DNA of 61,782 nucleotides, filler included, from Chiloscyllium plagiosum (lineage: Eukaryota), in NCBI RefSeq assembly GCF_004010195.1. It is 6 parts of one record of this genome, joined end to end, with 100 filler letters (N's around TTAATTAATTAA, not from the genome) between each part and the next. Parts side by side here need not be neighbours in the genome. Positions count along the whole stretch, not along the records: positions 1 to 11,139 come from NC_057716.1; positions 11,240 to 27,074 come from NC_057716.1; 4 more parts are not named here. One strand, given 5' to 3'. Both the position numbers and the translations under genes were made by a program. Under the pieces are notes generated by a model. It was not told the DNA's origin. It saw only the letters and a list, made by a program, of their open reading frames with translations, and searched no databases. This document shows, piece after piece, positions 1 through 11,483 of this stretch. Position 1 is the first letter of the stretch. Each line of letters begins with the position of its first letter.

Positions 1-255
1 TCCCGACTCAGGCGACTGACTGTGTGGAGTTTGCACATTCTCCCCGTGTCTGCGTGGGTTTCCTCCGGGTGCTCCGGTTTCCTCCCACGGTCCAAAGATG
101 TGCAATTCAGGTGAATTGGCCATGCTAAATTGCCTGTAGTGATAGGTAAAGGGGTAAATGTATGGGAATGGGTGGGTTGCACTTCGGTGGGTTGGTGTGG
201 ACTGGTTGGGCCGAAAGGCCTGTTTCCACACTGTAAGTAATCTAATCTCTAATCA
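1..255 (+). mobile_element. HE1-type V-SINE, 5' part outside window
   Basis: V-domain TGTGTGGAGTTTGCACATTCTCCCCGTGTCTGCGTGGGTTTCCTCCGGGTGCTCCGGTTTCCTCCCAC, CR1-like 3' end (GGGCCGAAAGGCCTGTTTCCACACTGT) and (TAATC)n tail. Confidence 0.85.
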
Positions 256-427
256 ATGCCACTTATACAGCAGTGCTACACCAGATGCACAACTGGAAAC
301 TCTCCAATGCAAAACTGTGAGAGGTAACTACTTTTTGCTCTGTTATATTGAACCTATTCTGTAGAATGAACTCCTTGTTCCATTTGGAAAACAAAGGGGT
401 TATAAACGGCCCATGCCCATATCACAG

Positions 428-820
428 CGAAACGATGGTTGGAGGAAGAACGCCTCATCTTCCGGCTAGGAACTCTCCAACCACAAGGGATGAACTCGGG
501 TTTCACCAGTTTCCTCATTTCCCCTCCCCCCACCTTGTCTCAGTATAATCCATCGAATTCAGCACCGCCTTCCTAACCTGCAATCTTCTTCCCGACCTCT
601 CCGCCCCCACCCCAGTCTGACCTATCACCCTCACCTTGACCTCTTTCCACCTATCACATTTCCGACGCCCCTCCCCCAAGTCCCTCCTCCCTATCTTTTA
701 TCTTAGCCTGCTGGACCAACTTTCCTCATTCCTGAAGAAGGGCTAATGCCCGAAACGTCGATTCTCCTGTTCCCTAGATGCTGCCTGACCTGCTGCGCTT
801 TTCCAGCAACACATTTCCAT
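428..820 (+). mobile_element. Penelope-like element 3' end (GIY-YIG C-terminus, UTR, hammerhead motif)
   Basis: Reads LEEERLIFRLGTLQPQGMN, typical of a PLE endonuclease C-terminus, followed by a C-rich UTR and CTGAAGA-A-GGGC-TAAT-GCCC-GAAAC at 732-756. Confidence 0.8.
732..760 (+). ncRNA. Minimal hammerhead ribozyme motif within PLE terminus
   Basis: Core CUGANGA (732-738), stem II GGGC/GCCC with TAAT loop, GAAA (752-755), palindromic ACGT helix-III region. Stem I pairing is only partial in this copy. Confidence 0.6.
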
Positions 821-2245
821 CACAGGTTCAGAAAGACATAGAGCGCATGCTCCAAGATGGCATAATCAAAGTGAGTTACAGTGATTGGAGCTCACCCTTA
901 GTCATGGTGCCAAAGCCAGATGGTACCCAACACAAAGTCAACACTGTTACAAAGACTAATGCACATTCAATCGCACGGTTGGAGGACTGTGTCAAAAAAG
1001 TGGGACAAATAACTTACATTTCTAAGTTGGACTTGCTCTGAGGCTACTGGCAAGTACTGTCAGAGACAGCAAAGGTAATTTCAGCCTTCGTAACGCCAAA
1101 TAAGCTATATCAGTTCAAAGTCATGCTATTTGGTATGAAAAACGCTCCAGCCACATTTCACAGACTGACTAATAAGGTCATTGCTGGATTACCCAACTGT
1201 GTGGTGCATATCGATGACCTAGTAATTTTTAGTCACTCATGGGAGGAATACTTACAGCATTTATCGGTCTTGTTCTATTGACTTCGGAAGGCAGGCTTGG
1301 TGGTAAACCTAGTTAAAAGTGAATTTGCCAAAGCCCAAGTCACCTTCCTGGAAATGGACAAATGACCCACGGGATGTAAAAACGAAAGTAATTGGGGAAT
1401 TTCCCAAACAGTCAACAAAAAAAGCAGTACTATAGTTCCTGGGATTGAGTGGATTTTACCTAAAGTTTGTGCCGAACTTTAGCAGTGTAGCTGCTCCACT
1501 CAACAAATTGTTAAAAAAGGGCAAGAAGTTTCTGTGGACAGCAGACTGTCAAAACACATTTGACAGCCTAAAAACTGTGCTTACCACTTCCCCAGTATTA
1601 GCCACACCGGATTACACAAAGCCTTTCAAGGTGGCTATTGATGCCAGTGATGTGGGTATCGGTGAGGTGCTCCTGCAGGAGGATGATGAGGGGATAGAAA
1701 GACCCATCGGATATTTTTCCAGGAAGTTGAACATTCATCAACAGAAATGTTCAATGGTGGAGAAAGGAGAGATTAAGCTTGGTGTTGACATTAGAACAAT
1801 TTAGTGTTTATATTACCAGCAACGCATCTGAGTCAATCGTACAAACCGATCATAACCCATGGACATTTGTGGAAAAATTTCAGGACAAAAGTGCCAAACT
1901 GTTTAGATGGAGCTTGTTGCAGCCATTCAATTTGACAATTGTGCACGTGGCAGGTCGCGAAAACGTGATTGCCGATGCGTTAACAAGGCTCAAATGGGAT
2001 ACGGGGGTGTTCAGTGGCGGGTATGCCGCAACCTGAATTTGCATGTGGTTATGCATGTTTGCATGTTTATAGTTAGTATGGTTTATGCATGTGTTTAGGA
2101 TACTAACCTGCTTTTTGATGGGTTAAAGAGTGAAGCCATCTTTTAGGATTGATAGTTCTTTTATTTTAATGGGAGAGGTGTCACAAAGCTGGTTTCTTTT
2201 TTCTAAAAGCTGTTTCTTTTCTCAAGGAAAGAAAAGCTGTTTCTT
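821..2245 (+). mobile_element. Decayed gypsy-group LTR retrotransposon: RT + RNase H, PPT and start of 3' LTR
   Basis: WSSPLVMVPKPDG, FGMKNAPATF, HIDDL (YIDD equivalent), PDYTKPFKVAIDASDVGIG, TDHNP, NVIADALTR across frameshifts and stops; purine tract GGGAGAGG 2171-2178 followed by TGTCACA at 2179. Confidence 0.85.
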
Positions 2246-2249
2246 TTCT

Positions 2250-2436
2250 CTGGGTGCTCCAGTTTCCTCCGACAGTCCAAAGATGTGCAGGTTAGGTGAA
2301 TTGGCCATGCTAAATTACCCGTAGTGTTAGGTGAAGAGGTAAATGGGTCTGGGTGGGTTGCTCTTCGGCGGGTCGGTGTGGACCTGTTGGGCCGAAGGGC
2401 CTGTTTCCACACTGTAAGCAATCTAATCTAATCTAA
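2250..2436 (+). mobile_element. HE1-type V-SINE, 5'-truncated
   Basis: Same body and (TAATC)n tail as the copy at 1-255. Confidence 0.8.
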
Positions 2437-2470
2437 TATTAGCTGGGTGGTGACCCCATGACCTTTCCAT

Positions 2471-3960
2471 ATAGAGTCATAGAGATGTACAGCATGGAAA
2501 CAGAAACTTCGGTCAAACCCGTCCAGATATCCCAACCCAATCTAGTCCCACCTGCCAGCATCCGGCCCATATCTCTCCAAACCCTTCCTATTCATATACC
2601 CATCCAAATGCCTCTTAAATGTTGCAATTGTACCAGCCTCCACCACATCCTCTGGCAGCTCATTCCATACATGTACCACCTTCTGCATGAAAAAGTTGCC
2701 CCGTAGGTCTCTTTTATATCTTCCCCCTCTCACCCTAAACCTATACCCTCTAGTTCTGGACTCCCCCACCCCAGGGAAAAGACTTTGTCTATTTATCCTA
2801 TCCATGCCCCTCATGATTTTGTAAACCTCTATAAGGTCACCACTCAGCCTCCGACACTCCAGGGAAAACAGCCCCAGCCTGTTCAGCCTCACCCTGTAGC
2901 TCAGATCCTCCATGCCTGGCAAAATACTTGTAAGTCTTTTCTGAACCCTTTCAAGTTTCACAACATCTTTCTAATAGGAAGGAGACCAGAATTGCACACA
3001 ATATTCCAACAATGGCCTAACCAATGTCCTGTACAGCGCAACATGACCCCCCAACTCCTGTACTCAATACTCTGACCAATAAAGGAAAGCATATCAAATG
3101 CCTTCTTCACTATCTTATCTACCTGCGACTCCACTTTCAAGGTGCTATGAACCTGCACTCCAAGGTCTCTTTGTTCAGCAACACTCCCTAGGACCTTACC
3201 ATTAAGTGTATAAATCCTGCTAAGATTTGCTTTCCCAAAGTGCAGCACCTCGCATTTATCTGAATTAAACCCCATCTGGTCCAGATCCTGGTGTAATCTG
3301 AGGTAACCCTCTTCGCTGTCCACTACACCTCCAAATTTGGTGTCATCTGTAAACTTACTAACTGTACCTCTTTTGCTCGCATCCAAATCATTTATGTAAA
3401 TGACAAAACGTAGAGGGCCCAGCACCAATCCTTGTGGCACTCCACTGGTCACAGGCCTCCAGTCTGAAAAACAACCCTCCACCAACACCCTCTGTCTTCT
3501 ACCTTTGAGCCAGTTCTGTATCCAAATAGCTAGTTCTCCCTGTATTCCATGAGATCTAACTTTGCTAGTCAGTCTCCCATGGAGAACCTTGTCAAATGCC
3601 TTACTGAAGTCCATATAGATCACATATACTGCTCTGCCCTCATCAATCTTCTTTGTTACTTCTTCAAAGAACTCAATCAAGTTTTTGAGACATGATTTCC
3701 CATGCACAAAGCCATGTTGACTATCCCGAATCAGTCCTTGCCTTTCCAAATACATGTACATCCTGTCCCTCAGGATTCCCTCCAACAACTTGCCCACCAC
3801 CGAGGTCAGGCTCACCGGTCTATAGTTCCCTGGCTTGTCTTTACCACCCTTCTTAAACAGTGGCACCACGTTTGCCAATCTCCAGTCTTCCGGCACCTCA
3901 CCTGTGACTATCGATGATACAAATACCTCAGCAAGAGGCCCAGCAATCACTTCTCTTCTC
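2471..3960 (-). mobile_element. CR1 LINE, 5'-truncated (RT domain + 3' UTR)
   Basis: ORFs 2958-4034 and 2542-2961: PGNYRPVSLTS, YMDFSKAFDKV, SGVPQG, KFTDDTK, WNELP; CR1 3' tail (CTCTATGA-type repeat). Confidence 0.95.
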
Positions 3961-4789
3961 TCGTGATGATGCACTAGCCAAAGCAATTGACCATCTGGCC
4001 TGGCTCGATCCAGGCTTCCCATTTTGATGTGCATAGCTTAACTAGTTAAGCATACTCAAACCTGTCAATGAGCTTCTCTTCCTCTGCAAACTTTTGCCAT
4101 TTTATTGCTGCTTATCTGATTAAGGATATGTGGCATTTTTGAAAATTTAATACCAAATTCTGTATGAAGAGAGGGGAGTTGTCTGAGAGAGCTCTTCGGG
4201 GCAACAGCTGGCTCCGCTACTCTGCAAATGGTTTTAGAACCTTAGCTCAAGGTTCTTACAACCTGGCTTGTAAGTATTTATGTTGTAGTGTAACGTTGAT
4301 GCCATTGGTAAATAAAGGTAATAATTTAAACTAAACTGTCTGAAAGAGTTTTATATTCCAGGCTACCACAGAGTACGATCTCTGGGACGAACCAAGAGAG
4401 GCTACAGGTCGAGTCCACCTGGGATTCCCTGAGCCATCTCGAATAGGTACTTTAACACAGGCTTGATTACATTCAACAACTCAGCCTCCACTGCTTACAG
4501 GTAAATAAAGTTCCAAACATTACAACCCTTGGCTTAGATTAGTGGGATCGAAATTCACCTTCACCTCTGTCTTAATTGCGGGACTCCTCTTTTTAAAACG
4601 TCCCCTCCCCCAGTTCTAGACTTCAAGAGGGAAATCATCCTCTCAGTATTTATCCTGTCAAGCTCTTCAGAATTTTATGTTTTAACAATATTGTAAGCCT
4701 TTATATATTGCTGCCTTCAGATTGGAATGGAAACTTATTTACTAGAATATTGAGAAGTATTTGCTGCAGCAATATCAGAAAGATGTGAC

Positions 4790-5265
4790 AGCACTGGAGA
4801 GGGTGCAGAAGAGATTCTCCATGATGTTGCCTGAGATGAAAAGTCTCTGTTATAAAGGAGAGACTGGATGGGCTGGGTTTGTTTTCCTTGAAGCAGATGA
4901 AGCTAGGAGGGATCGGATTGAGGTATAGACACCAGATTGTGAGAATCTTTTCCCCATGGCAGATGTGCCCAAAACCAGAGGGCATGAATTTAAGGTGAGG
5001 GTAGGTGTGGTTTAGAGGAGATCTGAACATTATTTTCATCCACAGAGTGGTAGAAAAATGGAACACGCTGTCTGAAAAAGTGGTGGAAACAGATACTTTC
5101 GCAATATTTAAGAACTGTCTGGATGAGCACTTGAAATACTAGGGCATAGTAAGCTATGGAGCAAGTGCTGGTAAATGGGATTAGTATAAATATGGGATGG
5201 GTACTTGTTAGTCAGCATAGACGTGGTGGGCCAAAGGGTCATTCTATGTTGAATGACTCTATGAC
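4790..5265 (+). mobile_element. Old CR1 3' fragment
   Basis: LERVQKRF-like and WNTL-like decayed coding sequence, ending in GACTCTATGA. Confidence 0.7.
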
Positions 5266-7182
5266 GCTATAGTAAGTGATATGTTAGTAGCTTAACATGT
5301 AATATAACTGTTAGAGTTGCATTCTGCTTAAAAACTATTATTTGTTGTTGCAGTGTGCCTTCAAGGGCTTTTGTTTAAACTTTTTTTTTAAATAGTTTGA
5401 CATATATTCATTCAATCTGAGTTCACTAGCATACAGAATTAATCAGCAGTGCTGTGCACTGTAAATCAGGGAATAACTTTCTATCAAGAGTCAATACAGA
5501 ATCTTATTGCTCTGAAATGTTGATTTTGTTAAGAACTATTTAATAGTAAAATCTTGCATTAAATAATGTCAAATAAATGCATTTGGTAGTTAATAATCTG
5601 TGCCCTGTTGAATAGTGTATATCACCACACCTTCCAAATTTGCATATTGATGGGACAGAGCAATGTTAAGATGGTCTGCTATGATTAACAATACATTGGG
5701 CAAAGACATACTCCTGTCAATAAAGAACATGGGGTCCACTTATTCCAGTGACAAAGAATCCAAAGGAATATCTAACCTTAACAAGCCACAGTAAATGCAT
5801 ATCCTGATTACGGAGATGCAAAGTGTTAGGGGTAAAGTGAAATAAATAGTTCTTACAAGGTAAGTTTCTGAGAAATATACACGGAAAGAACACGACATGG
5901 GCAAAGATCAACCTTCAGTCATCATTTTCATCGCTGATGAGGAACAAGCACATGTACTTATACATCGCATTTAAAGAAATGATACATCTCAAGGTGCATC
6001 ATGAGAACACTTTAAAGCAAAACTTAATGCTGAGCCACATAAGAAAATATTAGGGCAGTGGGCAAAAATGTGGTCCGAGAGTTAGGTTTCAAGAAAGAAA
6101 GAAAGTAAGTAAGGTCTCTTACTGAATGACATACAAAACCCTAAAAGGTCTTAATAGGGGTGATATTGAAAGGATGCTTGTCTTTGTGGGAGAGCCTAGA
6201 ACGAAGGGGTATAATTTAAAAATATGGAGCCCTCCCATTTTAGACAGAGATGACGAGAATTTTGTTTTTCTGACGGTTAAGTCTTTGCAATTCTCTTTCC
6301 CAAAAAGCACCTGAGGCAGAATCTAAGTATGCTTAAAGCAGGAGTAGATAGATTTTAGACTAATAAGCGGGTCAAAAGTTATCAGGTATGAAGATACAGG
6401 TCCATATGGAGTTGCTACCACAACCAAATTAATTTTGATGTTATTGAATGTTGGAGTAGACTTGAGGAGCCAAATGACCAACTCAAATATTCACAAAGGT
6501 GCAAAAGATGAATGAGGGTCTTCCAGAACCCACGGTTATGGCGCAACCGCTAATGGTTGAGCAATCAACATCAGAGCTGTTGAAAGGGCAGAGAACAAAA
6601 CTAAAGGAGCACAGAGGGCTGTGGATCCTGAGGCAGGAGGAGACCACGGAGAGAAGCACAGGCAATTCCACGAGTAAACCCGAAAGAATGAGAATGTTAG
6701 AATTGTGGCGCTGTTTGTGCAGAAGGCAATGTAGATCAGCAAGCACAAAGGAAATAGAGGAACGGGGCTTGACCTGATCTCATGAACAGGGAAAACGGTT
6801 TTTCGGGTAGTCTTAACTGTGAAGAGGGTAGACTTCGAATACAGCCAGATCTGTTGGGTTTGGCTGTTGTCATGTGCAACCATATGTTTGAGGGGAAACA
6901 CACTGCCGTGGTCCAGAACTACTGAAAGATGCCACAAAATGTCCCTGTCCACAGGAGGCAGGGGTTTGACCGTCCACACAGGAAGGGTACCTCTGAAACT
7001 GAACCGCGCACAAGCTTCTCAAGAATAACTAATCTTCCCTGCTGGCTGTTTTGTGATCGAGGCGGGTCCGGGGGCGATTGCGTGCGACAACCGAGGATCG
7101 GCCCGGGCGACTGAGTCCTTAGCAACCAGGCTCGCCGCCACCAGGCCTTGCGTCGGAGCCCGCGGAACTCCACGGCGCTCAC

Positions 7183-7305
7183 CTCGGTGAAGATGTCGTG
7201 CAGATAGCGGAAAGGCGGCTTGCTCAGCAGCTTCTCGGTCAACGGCGGCTTCTTGATCACTTTTCCCAGGGTGTCCTGGGTCCGTTTGACGAACGAGCTG
7301 CTCAT
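7183..7305 (-). CDS. TRAF3IP1: TRAF3-interacting protein 1 (IFT54/MIP-T3), first coding exon
   Basis: [41 protein letters not shown] matches the IFT54 N-terminus; 123 nt (41 codons) ending at phase-0 donor GAG|GTGAGC (GT at 7182-7181). Exon 2 was not found in 1-7180. Confidence 0.95.
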
Positions 7306-7434
7306 GGCGCTGGCTCGCCCTTCTCCGAGTCGGGATGGGACTGATCGCGTCGCTCAGGCCGGTCTCGGGGCCGCTCCACCAACCGCCGCGGCGCGTGCCG
7401 ACGTCACTGCGCGTGCCACCTTCGGCGTGACGCG

Positions 7435-7447
7435 GCTGCCTAGCAAC
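7435..7447. promoter_or_regulatory. RFX X-box
   Basis: GCTGCCTAGCAAC, about 130 nt upstream of the ATG of an intraflagellar-transport gene; fits the imperfect-palindrome X-box consensus. Confidence 0.7.
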
Positions 7448-9269
7448 CGCCGCAACAGCGCGGTCAGCTGACACACTGCGTTCTCTTCGCCCTCACCACC
7501 TCCCATTCATTCTCCGCTAAACGCGTCTCCTCGCTGTTTCATCAATATTCATTGAGGAGCCAAAGCGATCGCTTAATCCCGAATTAACTTGGCGACAACG
7601 GAAATGGACAAAAAGAAATAAAACGTTCAAGAAATCAACAGTAAGAAAGTAGTGAAGAGGTGACAGCCGACTCGAGTTTTAAGAGTTCTGACGATGCAGA
7701 AAATATTTGAGAGATGGCATCTCGAAAAATAATATTCTCCTGGAATTAATTGAAGAGTGCACAAAAAAGATGCTGGAAGATTTACAGGATCAGTTTTGCA
7801 GCGTCGGACTGCGTTGAATTTCCACAGAATATTAAGTTATTGATCGGAAGATACCATTTCGTTCAAATTGAGAAACCAACTGAGGCAGCTGTAATAGTGA
7901 AGATGTAGATATTTAAGGGAAAAGTAGAGGAAATAATGATCTTGGATGATAGCTGTTGGCTCAACTCGCTCAGATTTTGAGAGCTGAACTCGGCACATTG
8001 AGCTGAGAGGCCCTGATATTAAAATTCTCGTCTTTCAGTTTAAGTCCTTCTCTGACCACGGCACTTCCGATCTCTGTAATCTGCCTCAATTACGATCTTC
8101 TGAAATATATGCCTTCCCCTAGCTTTGGTATCTTGAAGATCACTCAGTCCATTCACCTTGCCAGTGATAGCCATGCCTTCAGATACCTAGTACCAAAGCT
8201 GTTGAAGTCCCTCCCGAAACCACCTGCCGGCTCCCCACTTTTTGCCTCTCTTCTAAAACATTCTTTATCATTTTAGCCAGATTTTTAGTCATCTGTGATA
8301 TTATTCTCAGAATCAATATTAACCTGTATAATATTGTGAAGCATCTTGAGATGTTTTGCTGTCAAAGGTTCTCATAAAATGCAAGTTATCGTCGTTCATT
8401 TACGATTTAGTGAACGTGTTTGGTAATTAAAGACTGATGTAAGGTGGACTAATTAAGTAATGTAATTACGTAATTAAGGACCATGTATGTGAAATATAAA
8501 TAATCTGGAGATGGCATATCATTTTGAATATTGATACATGAGAAATACCTTATTAGCTAACTGAACAGCATAATTATTTTCAAGAAGGAGGAAGATATAG
8601 CTCTTGTGGCTAAAGAGATCAAAGGATTTGTGGGAGAGAGTGGGATTAGGCTACTGAGTTCAATAATCAGCCCATGAGGGGTTCAGTGCCCTACTCCTCT
8701 CTTCTACATTCCTATAATCTCATGTGGTCAAGAAAAAAAATTAATATTAATCAGTATTTTAACTGGAGTTGCTCACCAAGAGAAATTACTAAGTGTACAA
8801 CTAAAAGCTTCAAGGGAAATTTGTTGCCTCAAGGATGTTTGATTTTCCACCCAAAACAAAATGCCATTGATGTAAACCTGGTCAACAACAGAAAATGCTG
8901 GAAATACTCAGCATGTCTCAAAGCATCTGTGGAGAGAGAAACATTTAACAGATTAGATTGTGACCTTTCGTCAGAACTGGAAAAGTTAGAAATGGTACAA
9001 GTAAAAATAATGTCCAGAGGATATGTGAATGTATGTCTGTCAAAGTTCTGCTCCAATATTCTGCAATACGACAACAGAAAGCTCAAATTGTAGTTTTGAA
9101 TCCAAAATAATTTTGACAATGAACTCAAACCTGAAAAATTAATCTGTGATTCCTCCTACCACATATTGATAAACTGGCTGTGTTTTTTCTAATCTTATCT
9201 GCAGGCAGTTTAGAATTCTGGAATGGAAGTTTTTGCAAAGATGACATGTGCTCAATGATTGCAATAACT

Positions 9270-9960
9270 GATCAACTGCATTTTGGAAAGGCAAATCAGG
9301 GCATGACTTATACATTGAATGGTAATGTTGCTGAACAAACAGTCCTTGGAGTGCAGGTTCATAGTTCCTTGAAAGTGGAATCCCAGGTAGATAGGATTGT
9401 GAAGAAGGCATTTAGTATGTTTTCCTTTATTGGTAAGAGCATTGAGTATAGGAGTTGGGAGATCATGTCGCAGCTGTACGGGACATTGGTTGGGCCATTT
9501 TTGGAATATTGTGTGCAACTCTGGTCTCCATCCTATAGGAAGGATATTGTGAAATTTGAAAGGGTTCAGAAAATATTTACAAGTATGTTGCCAGGAGTGG
9601 AGGTTTTGAGCTATATAGAAAGGCTAAGTAGGCTGGTTTCCCTGGAGCATTGGACGCTGAGAGGTGACCTTATAGAGGTTTATAAAATCATGAGGGGCAT
9701 GGATAGGGTAAATAGACAAGGTCTTTTCCCTGGGCTGGTGGAGTCCAGAACTAGAGGGCATAGGTTTAGGGTGAGAGGGGAAAGATTTAAAAGGGTCCTA
9801 AGGGGCAACTTTTTCACACAGAGGGTGGTGAATAGGAAGGGTTTAAAGGGATATGGGCCAAGTCCTGGCAAATGCAACTAGATTAATTTAGGATATCTGG
9901 TTGGCATGGATGAGTTGGACTGAAGAATCTGTTTCCATGCTATACGTCTCTATCACTCTA
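9270..9960 (+). mobile_element. CR1 LINE 3' fragment with internal deletion
   Basis: ORF 9180-9881 (LHFGKAN, LEYCVQLWSP, RGDLIEVYKIM); jump from TQRVV to NRKGL shows a deletion near 9830. Confidence 0.9.
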
Positions 9961-10418
9961 AGTCCAAAATTACTCAAAATTAACTATTTTTCTCATCAAA
10001 GATACTTCCAGATATGCTGAGTTTCTCCAGAGCTTTGTTTTACTTCAGATTTCTGGCATCTGCAGCATTTTACTTTTACCTAGTTTTACTTTGGCCAACT
10101 CCCCCACAATTCACAGTTGTACCGCCATATTTAAAACAAAATACTTGCCTCTTGCTGTTCGCCCAGTACCAGTTGTTCAAGGCAGTTTTCGCCAATTGGC
10201 TGTGCAGTACCTGACTCAAGGATATACAAACCAGAACACAGTGATGATGGCCCTAACCTCTGAAATTTCCACCCTAAGCGAAAGTTGTTGTGAGAAAGCA
10301 AGAAGTAGGAAACAAAAACTGAAGAGAGTGGGGCGGGAAGAAGTTGAGAGACTGGTAAGCATCTGCAAACTGCTTTACTAATCAGAAATTGAGAGTTGAA
10401 AAGTATGAACATTATTAC

Positions 10419-11483
10419 AGTCATAGAGATGTACAGTATGGAAACAGACCCTTCGGTCCAACCCGTCCATGCCGACCAAATATCCCAACCCAATCTAGTC
10501 CCACCTGCCAGCACCCGGCCCATATTCCTCCAAAACCCTTCATATTCATATACCCATCCAAATGCCTCTTAAATGTTGCAATTGTACCAGCCTCCATCAC
10601 ATCCTCTGGCAGCTCATTCCATACACGTACCACTCTCTGCGTGAAAAAGTTGCCACTTAGGTATTTTTTATATCTTTCCCCTCTCACCCTAAACCTATGC
10701 CCTCTAGTTCTGGACTCTCTAACACCAGGGAAAAGACTTTGCCTATTTATCCTATCCATGCCCTTCATAAATTTTGTAAACCTCTGTAAGGTCACCCCTC
10801 TGTCTCCGACGCTCCAGGGAAAACAGCCCCAGCCAGATCAGCCTCTCCCTGTAGCTCAATTCCTCCAGTCCTGGCAACGTCCTTGTAAATCTTTTCTGAA
10901 CCCTTTCAAGTTTCACAACATCTTTCCGATAAAAATGGAGTCCAGAATTGCACACAATATTCCAACAGTGGCCTAACCAATGTCCTGTACAGTGCAACAT
11001 GACCTCCCAACCCCTGTACTCAATACTCTGACCAATAAAGGAAAGCATACCAAATGCCTTCTTCACTATCCTATCTACCTGCGACTCCACTTTCAAGGAG
11101 CTATGAACCTGCACTCCAAGGTCTCTTTGTTCAGCAACANNNNNNNNNNNNNNNNNNNNNNNNNNNNNNNNNNNNNNNNNNNNTTAATTAATTAANNNNN
11201 NNNNNNNNNNNNNNNNNNNNNNNNNNNNNNNNNNNNNNNCTTCTAAGTATTCACTCAATCTATCCTGTCTATACCTGACATATGCTTCCTTCTTTTTCTT
11301 AACCAAACCCTCAATTTCTTTAGTCATCCAGCATTCCCTATACCTACCAGCCTTCCCTTTCACCCTGACAGGAATATACTTTCTCTGGATTCTCATTTCT
11401 GAAGGCTTCCTATTTTCCAGCCATCCCTTTACCTGAGAACATCTGCCTCCAATCAGCTTTTGAAAGTTCTTGCCTAATACCAT
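10419..11483 (-). mobile_element. CR1 LINE fragments on both sides of a scaffold join
   Basis: ORFs 10421-10795, 10752-11114 and 11184-11510 match CR1 ORF2; same family as 2471-3960. Confidence 0.9.
11140..11239. other. Artificial scaffold linker (also 27075-27174, 35306-35405, 47842-47941, 54726-54825)
   Basis: Identical N44-TTAATTAATTAA-N44 blocks; the 12-mer gives stops in all six frames. Confidence 0.95.

Larger units (their letters stand above)
7050..7520. promoter_or_regulatory. CpG island / TRAF3IP1 promoter
   Basis: Sharp rise in GC and CpG around exon 1; CRE-like GACGTCA at 7400-7406 and TGACG at 7428-7432. Confidence 0.8.

Noticed and set aside
4140..4445. Exon-like plus-strand segments with GT/AG signals in TRAF3IP1 intron 1
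   Set aside because: No recognisable product; signals of this strength occur by chance.
6919..7182. Extension of the TRAF3IP1 ORF to 128 aa
   Set aside because: Homology stops at the GTGAGC donor; the rest is intron read-through.
11184..11195. Recurrent palindromic TTAATTAATTAA motif (5 copies)
   Set aside because: Always centred in 100-nt N blocks; an artificial six-frame-stop linker.
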